Origin: Octopus sinensis | Lineage: Eukaryota | Length of the DNA: 64,000 bases | Direction: 5' to 3' | Assembly: GCF_006345805.1 (NCBI RefSeq) | Contig: NC_043000.1 | Span: forward strand, 92,814,001 to 92,878,000 | Shown here: one piece after another, positions 12,507-25,005 of the stretch | How the letters are laid out: each line of letters starts with the position of its first letter | Numbering within the stretch: position 1 is the stretch's first letter | Translations under genes and position numbers: made by a program | Notes under the pieces: generated by a model | What the model was told of the DNA's origin: nothing | Databases searched by the model: none | Seen by the model: only the letters and a program-made list of their open reading frames with translations

Positions 12507-12819
12507 CTCCTTCCCCAGTAACTTTTTTTGGAGAAAAATGTTTCATTTTCAGATGAATTCGTTTTATCAGATGAGCTTGCACTCTCATCTGATGTATCCA
12601 AGCTTCTAATAGAAGGTTCATATTCATTGTCATCTTCTGAGCTCAACATCTGGGTGTAATTTGTAAAAGAAAAACATAAAAACTGAGAAATACTGAGAAT
12701 TGCTGTATAAACTTGTCTGTGGCTGTTTTTGAAACTATGTTTTGGACGAGTTTACTCATCACACTCTGAAAAGACAAATTGGGTGAAGACAAGTTAACTC
12801 CTCTTTGCTGGGTAAGGGG
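12507..12819 (-). mobile_element. piggyBac-like internally deleted element with an acidic 48-aa mini-ORF
   Basis: TTAA at 12503-12506 and 12820-12823; terminal CTCCTTCCCCAGT vs CCCCTTACCCAGC (10/13); minus ORF 12649-12503 MLSSEDDNEYEPSIRSLDTSDESASSSD.. Confidence 0.55.
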
Positions 12820-12984
12820 TTAAACAACAGCAGCCAAAAGAGAACCAACAATGACAGAAGCATCGTGTTTGTTTGAATGTTTCAACTGTAAATTACCCAT
12901 GTCAATATTCTCTTCGTTAATCAATAATACTCATCATGATGATAATCTTCCATATATCTTTTACTTGTTTCTATCATTAGACTG

Positions 12985-13180
12985 AAGTCATGCTGGAACA
13001 TCACCTTGAAGATTTTTAGCCAAATGAATCAACCTCCAGTACTTTTTATTTTTCAAGCCTAGTACTTATTCTATCCATCTCTTTCGTTGAACTGCTAAGT
13101 TACAGGGGTCATAAACATGCTAACACCAATTATAAAACAGTTGTGGGGGGACAACCACAGATACAAAGACACATAAATCA
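12985..13180 (-). mobile_element. SINE family A, 3' half, decayed
   Basis: agtcatgctggaacatcacc..aagcctagtacttattctatc..ctgctaagttacagggg. Confidence 0.75.
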
Positions 13181-13639
13181 AACAGTCTCTCTCTTCATAA
13201 GTCAGCTCTATCAGAGCGAACCTGCAGCTAAACAATTAACAACAACATCAACAACAACAAAAATAACTTCAGACACAACATATTTTATTGGTTATTAGAA
13301 GGACTGTTGTCAAAATCAACTTAAGAAGGATTTGATCTCAGAACATCAAGGGTTATAAACCAAACCACTAATGTTTTTGGATCATGTTTCCACTTCATCT
13401 GCAATTTATCCTCTGGTGCACACATCACTGATAACACAAAGTTGCATGAGATATATATATATATCAATGCATTACAATTAATTGTTGCCTGCTCTTTTTT
13501 GTAATAGCATAATCTGATCATAAATGGGAGAATATCTGATTCTTGTGCTTTAAACAGTGCTGTCCTCACCATTGTCATTTTTGATGTTCTACATTTTCAT
13601 TCTCTCTTTCTTCTTTGAAATATAGCTGTCTGTCTTTCA

Positions 13640-13832
13640 TACATATAACACTGAAAACATAGTCACACACACACACATACAGATAGAAACCTACACATAC
13701 ATAGACATAGATAGACAACTATCTATCACTCATACATCTACAAATGTACAACATATACAGACATATACTTATACATACATATGTATATATATGTATATAT
13801 ATATATATATATATTTACATATATATAAATAT

Positions 13833-13886
<54 letters not shown>

Positions 13887-14172
13887 ATATATATATGTAT
13901 ACATGTTGTCTATGTATATGTTTACACATTGACAGGCATCTATCTGCCTAACTCCGTTAAATAGATAAATTAGTTTCTTTAATTGATTGTTTTTATCACT
14001 CCTGTCTAATGTGAAGATTCTTTCAAGTAACGTTATTGTTGCTTTTGTGTGTGTACACATATAACACACACATTCATGCATACACGCGAATATGCATGTA
14101 CATGTGTATGTACACACACACACACATATATATATCATATATATATATATATATATCATATATATATATATC

Positions 14173-14207
<35 letters not shown>

Positions 14208-14217
14208 CATATATATT

Positions 14218-14258
<41 letters not shown>

Positions 14259-14767
14259 ATTTGTGTATGTATGTGTATCAGTGTGTGTATGTTTATATTA
14301 CTGTATGTAATCTGTTATGGATAATTCTTTCAAAATCTACAAAGATGCACAATCCACATAAAAGAGAAATAGTTATATTTCATTGTTTTCTTGTTGATTT
14401 ATAATTATTACCATAATCACCAATGCCATTGTTGCTGTTGTTGTTGCTGCTATTATTATTATTATTGTAATTATTTTTATTATGATTAAAGAGTTATCCG
14501 TTATTGTTGTGTTTGAAGTTAACGAAAAAGGAAAAGTAAGCGATATGAAAGAAGGCAAAAGATAGAGCTAGTTAGCCAGAGATAAAAATAGATAAAGAGT
14601 AAGTGTGTATGTGTGTGTATGTATGTGTAAATATTTATGTATATATGTATGTTTGTATACACACACACACATATATAGATATATATATATATACATGTAT
14701 ATATACAGATAAATACACACACACATGTATATATATATATATATATACGTACATACCTACATGTGTC

Positions 14768-14845
<78 letters not shown>

Positions 14846-14950
14846 CTAATATAAATATTAGTAATTCTTGATATATATATATATATATATATATCAAGAA
14901 TTACTAATAAATTTGATCTTGTTTTAGACATAGTTGAGATTAAATTTGGG
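13640..14950. repeat. Compound (TA)n/(CA)n/(TATG)n microsatellite field
   Basis: Directly visible; produces the I/Y ORFs. Confidence 0.9.
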
Positions 14951-15244
14951 TAACCTAAATATTGAATATTGTGCTTTATCTGGTTAGATTGCATATAGTC
15001 TGGCTAAGTGCCATCCAGTTAAATGTGAGGCATGCAGTTCTTTTACAGTTGTTAGAGATGACCGAAAAAGGAGAAACCAAGAACTGTTGTTCGAACTGTG
15101 GGGGGAATTATATCTTGTTTAACCTTCTATTGGCTTCAGTCATTGGGTAGGGGTCATTCTGGAGCACTAATTTCAGATGGTTACAGCTGATTGTATCTAA
15201 ACTCTAACACATTGCCTGATATACTTTAAATATAGACTTGACTA

Positions 15245-15427
15245 GACTGGATTTTTTTTGTTGTGGGGAGACCTGAAAGAGAGAGTTTACATGAACAAAC
15301 TGGAGACCCTGGTGCAACTGAAAGAGAACATCAATAGAGAAATCAGAAAAGTGGGGTCTAAAACTCTTGAGGGTGTTATGGTTCAAGTTTTGGAAAGAGC
15401 ACGGGCTTGCGAAGCCGAAAATGGCAC
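15245..15427 (+). mobile_element. Tc1/mariner transposase C-terminal relic (rosa/DD41D-like; family assignment inferred)
   Basis: DFFLWGDLKERVYMNKLETLVQLKENINREI..ERARACEAENG. Confidence 0.75.
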
Positions 15428-16070
15428 CATGACACAATTGACTCTGCCAGAAATTTGGAAATATCATGTGGTACTGCTTGGCATTTGTGCTGGGAGCTCC
15501 AATATGAACATTTCAGAGTATTTGGGTGTCAATCTGAGGGCAGTGCAGAGGATTCAGAAAGCATTAAATAAGTCTAATGATGATCACACAGCTATGGCAG
15601 CTTGGAAAACTCCCTCTTATCATTCTGATAAGAAAAGAACACTTGAATTTGCTGGTGAGATCCAGGCAATGATTGACAATGATTCCTCCAAGTAAATCAG
15701 GTTTGTTGCCAGAAACATGAGAGTGTCTGAGTTTCTTATCAGGCAGCTAGTGCATGAAGACATTTGGTATTCCTCATACAAGACGAGAAAGGGCCAATTT
15801 TTATCCCAAGCCATCAAGGACAAGAGGAAAGACTGCGCTACAAAGCTTTTGTTCCAACCGAACATGCTTTTGTTTTTCTCAGACAAAAAAAATTTCTGCC
15901 AGGATCAAATGGTGAACTCACAGAACAACAGATGGCTTGCTGTGTCCCCAAAGCATATACTGAGAGTGATGAAAATCAAACATCCAGTCAACATCATGGT
16001 GTCTGAAGTGATCACTGATGATGGCAAAGTTTTGCCTCTATTCATCCTCTCACACGACCTCAGACTTAAC
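15428..16070 (+). mobile_element. Tc1/mariner transposase N-terminal relic (maT/DD37D-like; family assignment inferred)
   Basis: HTH-like MTQLTLPEIWK..LGVNLRAVQRI, then FFSDKKNFCQDQMVNSQNNRWLA (first D) and KHPVNIMV; one in-frame stop and a small deletion. Confidence 0.85.
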
Positions 16071-17389
16071 ATACATATGTATGTATAACAGAAAAAGATA
16101 GATTGATAGATATACATGTATATATGTGCATGTGATTTTTACATAAATATTTATATGTACTTATATAAACATTCATACATGTGTATGTGAATATAATCAA
16201 AATGATATTGGTTGATGTTGAAAGTCATTATTGGGAAAAACAAGTAGACATGAATTGTCTCTCATTAGCAATAGGATCCTGGATCAGCCCAGTTTCACCA
16301 CACTTAAATGCATAAAACTACTTCTATGGGTATGACAGTTGTAAATAAGACTGTGGTAGTAGGCATGTCAAAAAGAAATGTGGGAATATGAGACACAACT
16401 ACATACAAATGAGACAAATATGGGAGGACACATATGAAGTTCTGTGAAAAGAAAGATGAGTATTGCCTTTTGAATTGGTGCAGAAAAACAAGGAAGAATG
16501 CCAGAGTGAATTGAGGAAGAGAGATATAACTTATGTTGGAATAGAAGTTATAGGAGAGGAAGTGAGACAGGGGTAGAAAGTGTAAAGAGAGGGGGAAAGT
16601 AAGAGAAAAAACAATAAGAACAAGTAACAAGGGAGAAGAAAGATAGAGAACAGAAAAAGATGACTTATGAACTGTAGTAATGACAGGGGTTAAAGAACAT
16701 GCGAGCTGGACAAAGTTGAATGTGAGAAAAGGTGAGTGTGGTAGAGGCATGTTGGGATTAGCTTAGTAGCGGCAGTAACAAGGTCCAAGAAAAGAGGTTG
16801 ATGAATGAGAAAATATGAGAGAGGGGACGGAAAGAAAGTTAACGAGAAGGTCAAGAGAGAAAGAGGGACACAGTTTGGTACAAAGTGAGCAAATAACTAG
16901 AAGAGAAAAAGCAATGAGAGAGAGAAAGGAAAAGGTGTTAGAGGGAAAAGTTAGAGTGATCACTGCGAGGGAGTAAAAATAACTACAGTTCAGCAATGAA
17001 CAAATTATATACAACATGGTGAGAGAGAAAGAAAGAGAGTGAGAGAGAGAGAGAGCAGAAGAGAGACAAACAAATGCAGAAAGAGAGATAGGTATAGGTA
17101 GTTACATGGGTAGAAAGACAGATAGATGGACAGATATAGACATATATAGGTACACTGATAGATAGTTTGAATTATATATATGTATCTATATATAATTAAT
17201 AATATCAAGGTAATAAAAATTTTTGAAATTTTTTCTCCTGTGTAGAAAAATTAGTCAATGGGCTATATATTATTCATGTGGTTTGGATTTTGGCTATTCC
17301 TTCTAGCGTACCAGGAATCCTATGACGGATACCTCTTATGTGTTTAAATGCACACAGTATTTATATATATATAACACATGCATATATAT

Positions 17390-17431
<42 letters not shown>

Positions 17432-17453
17432 GCACATATATACAAATGTATAT

Positions 17454-17507
<54 letters not shown>

Positions 17508-17823
17508 GAGTAAGTAGATAGATAAATATACACAGATGGCTAGGTAGAAAGATAAATAGATGGATGTAGATACATAAATACATAGAGACAGACATAGAAA
17601 GATTTGGTAAGTTTCCCTACAGATTTTGTCTGCCACATTCCACTCACAGCACCTTGGTTGACCTAAGGCTAGGACAAAAATATTTGTCCAATATATTACA
17701 CAGTGTCACTGTACTGAGACTCACATGATCATAAAGTCATCATACAGCCATTCATCAGTTCTTTTATCACTGTAATATTTTGCTGCAAAAAGTGTCTTTA
17801 TAATAATTGATATTTATTATTGA

Positions 17824-18031
17824 CAAGGCGGTAAACCGGCAGAATGATTAGCATACCAGTCAAAATATTTAGTGGTATTTTGTCTGTCTTTACGTTCCAT
17901 GTTCAAATTCTGTTGAAGTCGACTTTGCGTTTCATCATTTCCGGTTCGATAATTAAATATCAGTGAGTCACTAGAGGTCAATGTAATCAATTTGACCCCT
18001 CCTGCAAAGCCTTGTGCTTATAGTAAAAAGG

Positions 18032-18035
<4 letters not shown>
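17824..18035 (+). mobile_element. SINE family B
   Basis: ggcggtaaaccggcagaatgattagc..ttcaaattctg..gtcgactttgcgtttcatc. Confidence 0.85.
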
Positions 18036-18076
<41 letters not shown>

Positions 18077-18330
18077 GCTAAGGCAGTGAGTTGGCAAAAT
18101 TGCTTAGTGGTATTTCATTCATCTTTACATTCTGGGTTCAAATTCTGTTGAGAATCAAAATCAATGTCACAAGTTCATGAATGTAATACCCAAACCATGA
18201 GATCATAAGCCCTTATGATATACATACATGTGTGTGTTTGTATATGTATGTATATATATGTGTCTGTATGTATATAGTTATTTATATATATGAATGTGTG
18301 TATGTATATATACAATACATACATACATAC

Positions 18331-18378
<48 letters not shown>

Positions 18379-18454
18379 ATACACATACATACACAATATA
18401 TATATATGCAGGGACATACATACATATATATATATATATATAATATATATATAT

Positions 18455-18625
18455 AGGATTGACTGCTAGCTACTAAAGCAGCTTTCTTTTTTCATTCTCT
18501 TTCTGTTTATTTTCTTGTGTTCCTTTCTATTGAAAAGCATAGGCTCGAAACAGAAAAGACTTTCTCACCTTCCCAAGCATTAAACTAATACACCTGTTTG
18601 TTGTTTACACACCTGCCTTCATCTT
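18455..18625 (+). mobile_element. Penelope-like terminal repeat fragment (family F) with decayed hammerhead motif
   Basis: ctttctattgaaaagcataggctcgaaacagaaaag; a reverse-orientation homolog lies at 41345-41530. Confidence 0.55.
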
Positions 18626-18639
18626 TTGTTTTTCGTGGT

Positions 18640-18800
18640 AGATGCCAGTGCTGGAGTGGTTGGTGTTAGGAAGGGTATCCAGCTGTAGAAACTTTGCCAG
18701 ATCAGAGCCTGGTGCAGCCTTGCCAGTCCTCAGTCAAACTGTCCAACCCATGCCAGTATGGAAAGTAGATGTTAAACGACGATGATGGTGATGATGATGA
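18640..18800 (+). mobile_element. RTE family E extreme 3' end with (GAT)n tail
   Basis: aggaagggtatccagctgtagaaac..catgccagtatggaaagtagatgttaaacgacgatgatg. Confidence 0.85.
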
Positions 18801-19169
18801 TGATGATAATTATATAGTCAACTAGTTAAGTTACAAGGAAAATATAAAAAATATGCACCGTCTTTCCATTTGTCACTCTCCAGTAAAAATTGTCAACACA
18901 AAATGAAGAAAAAATATTTTAGAAACACTTCTTTCTCTTGAAGTATACTCTCTCTCACTCTCTCCATCCCTCTCTCTCCTCTCTATCTCTCCCGCCCTTT
19001 CTTTCCTGCTCCCTCTCTATTGCTCCCACCCTTTCTCTCTCTCCCTCTCCCTCACTGCATTTATGTAGCAAACACAAGCAAATAAAATACATATGCATTT
19101 ACGTATGTGTGTGTGTGTGCACATACTCACACACACACACACACACACACCCACCCACATATGTATATA

Positions 19170-19428
19170 CAGGAGAGTTGATTTGGAAATTGAAAATGCA
19201 CATGAGTCATAAAAACTGAAGTCTTTAAAAATTTTTCTGTCAAATTTATAAAAGTACTACACCGGTTTCAACAATTCTTTGGAATGTTTTTTAAAAAAAT
19301 GTTAACTGAAATTGATGGTATAGGAGAAAATTTGTTAAAACTTGTTTAAAAAATTAAATGTTAATACAAATTCAAATATTCATTAAATTTTGCTGGGTAC
19401 ATTGTCAACTCCTAAACCAACTCACCTA
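19170..19428. mobile_element. TA-flanked Tc1/mariner-type MITE
   Basis: TA|CAGGAGAGTTGATTTGGAAATTGAAAATG ... CATTGTCAACTCCTAAACCAACTCACCTA|TA; about 30-bp imperfect TIR. Confidence 0.65.
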
Positions 19429-19536
19429 TATTCGTACCTGCATGAAAATATACCTCTTTTCTCCACATATATGTATATATTTAGATACATATGATATATG
19501 TATGTATTTCCATATACACCTATATATATATATAGG

Positions 19537-19622
<86 letters not shown>

Positions 19623-20263
19623 ATATATATATAAATTTAGACATCAAATCATTAAGTAATATTGCAATTATTTATGTGTAAAGACGATTCCTGGTATTCT
19701 ATCCGTATTAGTTGGTGTAATCCTCCAGTTTGGGATTAGAGAATTTATTTGAGGTGTGAATCAATTGACAAAGATATTCAAATTTTTTAAATGAAATAGG
19801 TAATAATTTACATAAGATGAAGTGAATAAATTTATAAAAAAACAAAAAAAAATCTAACGTATTTACTGAGGATTTAAGAATTTGTCACTTTTGGTTTCTG
19901 GTGAAAAAGGAACGAGGGTTAAGAAATACATATATCAATGACGGGAAAGAGAAACGGCAGCAGGCATTAGAAAGTTTCGACTACATTATTTAGCTGGAAT
20001 AAGATTGAACTTTTATAAACAGGGAGAACTGTCTCCTATAAACCGTAGGGGTACCTATGAAACTAAAACACCATATTGGATACAGGGACTTTAGAAAATA
20101 TTTTATAACTTCAAAGAGAATTGGTGAAAAAAATAAATAAATAATCTGGGAAGGTTTAATCAGCTTGAAGAATTTTCGAGCTATGACTTGGGGCAATGAT
20201 CAGTTTATGATAAACAACAACCAGCTCTTAGCGACTTTTCTCTCTCTCTCCTTCTCTGTCTCT

Positions 20264-20301
<38 letters not shown>

Positions 20302-21321
20302 CTCTCTCTCTGCTTCCCTCCCAATTTCTCTAAATATTGTGTTTTTGGTTGCACCATCTTTTCAGTGGTTAATAGCACTAGATTTTTGTCGTTTGTTTTT
20401 TCATTTTTGTTCATTTATTTTTTTCTCAAATTTTTATTCTCATACTTCACACCTTCGCACACCCTTAAAAATATAATTACTTGCTCTTGTTCAAATGTGC
20501 TTTCAGACGTACATATACAGACAGGTGGCATACATACACACTCAGATATGCAAGTGCATTCACAAACATACATTGACATACACAGGCACTGATAACCATG
20601 CACACAAAAATATATGTTCATACATATACTTTCATTCATACACACATATATATGTATTCATACATGTATATATGCACACATATATACACACACACTTACT
20701 CACACATATGCACAAATATCCAAATGCCTGCGTGAGTGTGTACACACATATATGAATACTTGCACACAGGCAGAAACATCTGTATATACATACACATTTA
20801 TACAGGCCCTTATATTCATGAACTTACACATAGGCATGTGCTCATAATTATACACAAAAATAAGCATTCGTGTAAATTCTCTCGAACTTTCATAACACGA
20901 ACATGCATATTTATACCTGCGCCAATATATGAACACATTTGTAAGCACATATACTTCCTCTTTTAAGTGCACACACACTTCAACATGTACATACACACAC
21001 ACAGACACACACACACACACACTTATTCAAACTATTCTAGATGCATACACATGCAGATACAAATGTGCACATATGCTTACATCTCATAACATGCAAGCAT
21101 ATACAGTCACATGAAACATGCCTATGAGGACACACACACAATAGCATGTACTCATAATCAGATACTGAGATATACTCAGTGTCTTTAATGTGCACGCACA
21201 CACACACGCACACACACACACATGCGCGCGCGCTCGCACACAAGCATAAACTTATGTTAGGAGTAGTAAAAACCAACATCAGCTGTTACACAATGCCACA
21301 CCTAGCCACCATATATACAAT

Positions 21322-21379
<58 letters not shown>

Positions 21380-21384
21380 ATATG

Positions 21385-21415
<31 letters not shown>

Positions 21416-22226
21416 GCATATTATATATATATATATATTTATATAAATACATATATATACATATAGGTACACATTCATGCATATAAGCATTCATGCATTC
21501 ATACATACACAAATATATACACCCATTCATACATATATACATACATAAACATGTACATTATACAAACACTTATGTACATATATCCACACACATATACATG
21601 CACATACTATTACAGGGACATACATTCAAGCATAGATTCGTATACACATGCCCATAACATATGCAAATATATATATTTACATACACATATATATCAAGGC
21701 ACTATCAACAAATACTCAACAGTTTTCTCAGATGAAGAGTTTATAACATATCAGAATTTAATTTTTTTTTTCACTGAAATTAGAAAAAAAAAAGAAAGTA
21801 CATACATACATTAAAAAAAAATTCATATTAAGAATGCTAATAATATTTTGTTTTTCTTTAGATAAAAAAAATTAAGGAAATAGAAGTATAAATAAAATAA
21901 AATTTTATGAAATCTGAGGTAAAATTTTGTAAACAAAAAACATGTTGACAGAGAAGACAGACAGATTTCTGCACTGCAATATTGACATATTTATTTTTAA
22001 TTCCAGGTCAATTTACTTAACTCTTGTGGATCTGATTCATTTAATAGGTACATTGTAATAGATACCAATAAAATTCCTTAACTCTTGAATATCCAGTTCA
22101 TGTGATACGTTATAAATACAATGATAGGTGCTAATCTGAGCTAAAGCCTAAAGAGTAATCTGTAAGAGCAGTATATGGCATATAAAATCATTGATTTGTT
22201 ACAGAAATGCATACATGTATACATAT

Positions 22227-22257
<31 letters not shown>

Positions 22258-22599
22258 AGTATGTATGTATATATGATTGTGTGAGTGTGTATGTATTATA
22301 TATATATCTATATATATATATATTATATATATATATATATATATAATGTATGTATGTGTATGTATATATATATTAAAATTAATCAAAGGACATACTATGT
22401 AGGTCTAGCTGCTGGAAATAACTGTCAAAACTTTTATTTGACTGTTATTTCCAGGTAGACATACTTAGTATTAATTTTAATCGTTCAGCTATTTAATGCA
22501 TTTTTGGGACCTGCAATTGCCTGTATTGATTCTGTTATCATCATTTTTAAATTGTTATACTAGATAATAATAGAGTCAATGATATCTTCACAAATATTT

Positions 22600-22825
22600 T
22601 CTCCTAATGCCAACCACTCCAAGAGTGTAGTGGGTGCTTTTTACATGCCATCAGCATGGGTACTATTGACCTGACACTAGCATTGGCCACAACTATGGTC
22701 TCACTTGACTTGACAGGTCTTCTCAAGCATAACACATTGCCAAAGGTCTCAGTCACCTGTGACTGCCTCCATGAGGCTCAATGCTCCAGCAGTGCTTTTA
22801 TGTGCCAGGCATCAGTGCCAGTCAG
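22600..22825 (-). mobile_element. RTE family E 3' UTR fragment
   Basis: ctaatgccaaccactccaagagtgtagtgggtgc..ggtcttctcaagca. Confidence 0.75.
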
Positions 22826-22839
22826 ACAGCACTTTTTTT

Positions 22840-23243
22840 TGTTTCAGTCAATAGACTGAAGCTATGCTGGGGCACCTCCTTGATGAATTTTTATTCGATT
22901 AAATCAGACCCAGTACTTATTTTTTTGTTAAGTCTGGCACTTATTCTGTGGGTCACTTTTGCTAAACTGCTAAGTTACACAGAAATAAATGCATCAGCAC
23001 CAGTTGTCAAGTGGTGGAAGATGACAAACACAGACTCAAAGACACACCACACACACATATAAATATTTGTATATACAATGGGCTTCTTTCAGTTTCCATC
23101 TACAAAATCCACTCACAGGGCTTCGGCTGGCCCAAGACTATAGTAGAAGACTTACCCAAGATGCCACATAGTAAGACTGAACATGGAACAATGAGATTGG
23201 TAAGCAAGCTTCAAGCTCCTTATCATACAGTCATGCCTATGCC
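22840..23243 (-). mobile_element. SINE family A, near full length, short internal microsatellite
   Basis: Both halves are present around cacacacatataaat. Confidence 0.85.
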
Positions 23244-23394
23244 TATAAATACATACATGCATACATACATGCATACATACATACACACATGTATACATAC
23301 ATACATACATACATACATACAGACAGACAGACAGACATATACTTCATTTTTGTATCTAGTTCGAAAGATTCCTTATGAGAATTGGTGGGTTGAA

Positions 23395-23652
23395 ATATAT
23401 TTTGTTGTTTGGGGAGAGTCATGGTGCCATAATATAGGAGACTTACCAGTTCAATTTCCACCCATTTATTTATTCAGTTATTCCAAAAAGCTTTTTCATT
23501 GCCACATTTGCAACCATATCAATGGATTTTGATATGGTCATAAATGAAGTGACAAATGAGCTTTTTGAAATAAATAAATAAAATGAGTGGAAACTGAACT
23601 AGTGAGTGTGTTATATTAAGGCTCTATGACTCCCCCCAGACACAACAATATA
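23395..23652. mobile_element. Palindromic MITE (about 125-bp arms, 6-nt loop)
   Basis: The arms are reverse complements centred on tggatt (23523-23528); a single-arm relative lies at about 55585-55670. Confidence 0.85.
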
Positions 23653-23662
23653 TATATATATA

Positions 23663-23890
23663 AAATAGGGTACATCTAAACATAAGAGAAGCTACCTTTA
23701 ACAGGTTGTTTTACACACTAGAAGAAGTAGTCAAAATGACCAAAAGCACATTTAAGAGCAATTTTGAAGGAAATGAAAATAAAACTTTTACCTTCGAAAT
23801 TGCTCTAAATGTGGGTTTGGTCGTTTTGACTGCTTTGTGTAAAACTACCTGTTAAAGATAGTTTCTTTTGTGTTTAAATGTACACTATTT
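23663..23890. mobile_element. Foldback MITE (about 95-bp arms, about 20-nt spacer)
   Basis: gtacatctaaacataagagaagctacctttaacagg.. pairs with ..cctgttaaagatagtttcttttgtgtttaaatgtac; TA at both ends. Confidence 0.85.
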
Positions 23891-24254
23891 TATATTGAAA
23901 ATGTGTTGTCTATTGACTTTTTATACATGGTAGGCCACTGGTAGTGAAATTTCAAAAAAATTTGCTACCTTAAATATTTTACATATATAATTATATATAT
24001 TTTACATATATAATCATATATATATATGTATATATATCTGTGTGTGTGTGTGTGTGTGTATGTATATATATTTTATTTAGTGAAGGCCAGTTTAAGTGGT
24101 TACCCTGAGAGTTCCTGTCCCTAAAGTGTTCAAATTTTCTGCCATCAGACCCCAATATTGATGGCCTAAGATCTCTTTAATATATATCTCTTTCTCAGAT
24201 TTATATTTTTCAGATAATGATATATATATATAATATATAATTATAATATATATA

Positions 24255-24289
<35 letters not shown>

Positions 24290-24290
24290 C

Positions 24291-24327
<37 letters not shown>

Positions 24328-24344
24328 GTATATGTATATATGAG

Positions 24345-24555
24345 AAAAAAGACCACGGGCATAACTTAGTAATCCTTTATTCCATGAGCTGCTTTATTTC
24401 TTTATCGATTGTCTGACAATGTGTTTATGCCATACTTGCTCTACAAGCTGCACCTACTGGTTGCATTTGTCATGTTATGTTATGTGTTGATGCCAAATAC
24501 TGAAACATATGTAACAACAGGAATAAAGGATTACCAAGTTATGCCTCTCTTTTTT
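24345..24555. mobile_element. Small element with 26-bp terminal inverted repeats
   Basis: ggcataacttagtaatcctttattcc (24358-24383) vs ggaataaaggattaccaagttatgcc (24520-24545), one mismatch. Confidence 0.75.
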
Positions 24556-24556
24556 C

Positions 24557-24712
24557 GTGGCTGTGTGGTAAGTAGCTTGCTTACCAATCACATGGTTCCG
24601 GATTCAGTCCCACTGCATGGCTCCTTGAGCAAGTGTCTTCTACTATAGCCTCAGGACGACCAAAGCCTTGTGAATGGATTTGGTAAACGGAAACTAAAAG
24701 AAGTCTGTCATA

Positions 24713-24787
<75 letters not shown>

Positions 24788-25005
24788 GTATGTGTGTATG
24801 TGTTTGGGTGTCTGTGTTTGTCCCCCCAACATCGCTTGACAACCGCTGCTGGTGTGTTCACGTCCCCGTAACTTAGCGCTTTGGCAATAGAGACCGATAG
24901 AATAAGTACTAGGCTTACAAAGAATAAGTTCTGGGGTCGATTTGCTTGACTAAAGGCGGTGCCCCAGCATGGTCACAGTAAAATGACTGAAGCAAGTAAA
25001 AGAAT
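24557..25005 (+). mobile_element. SINE family A, full length, with internal (TA)n(TG)n
   Basis: Head, microsatellite, 3' half ending aaatgactgaagcaagtaaaag. Confidence 0.92.

Noticed and set aside
15060-15125. CCSNCGGNY, like a zinc knuckle
   Set aside because: The His and final Cys of CX2CX4HX4C are missing and there is no flanking gag-like frame.
16460-16560. ELRKRDITYVGIE, like LINE ORF1
   Set aside because: A single weak motif in purine-rich low-complexity sequence with no downstream ORF2 remnant.
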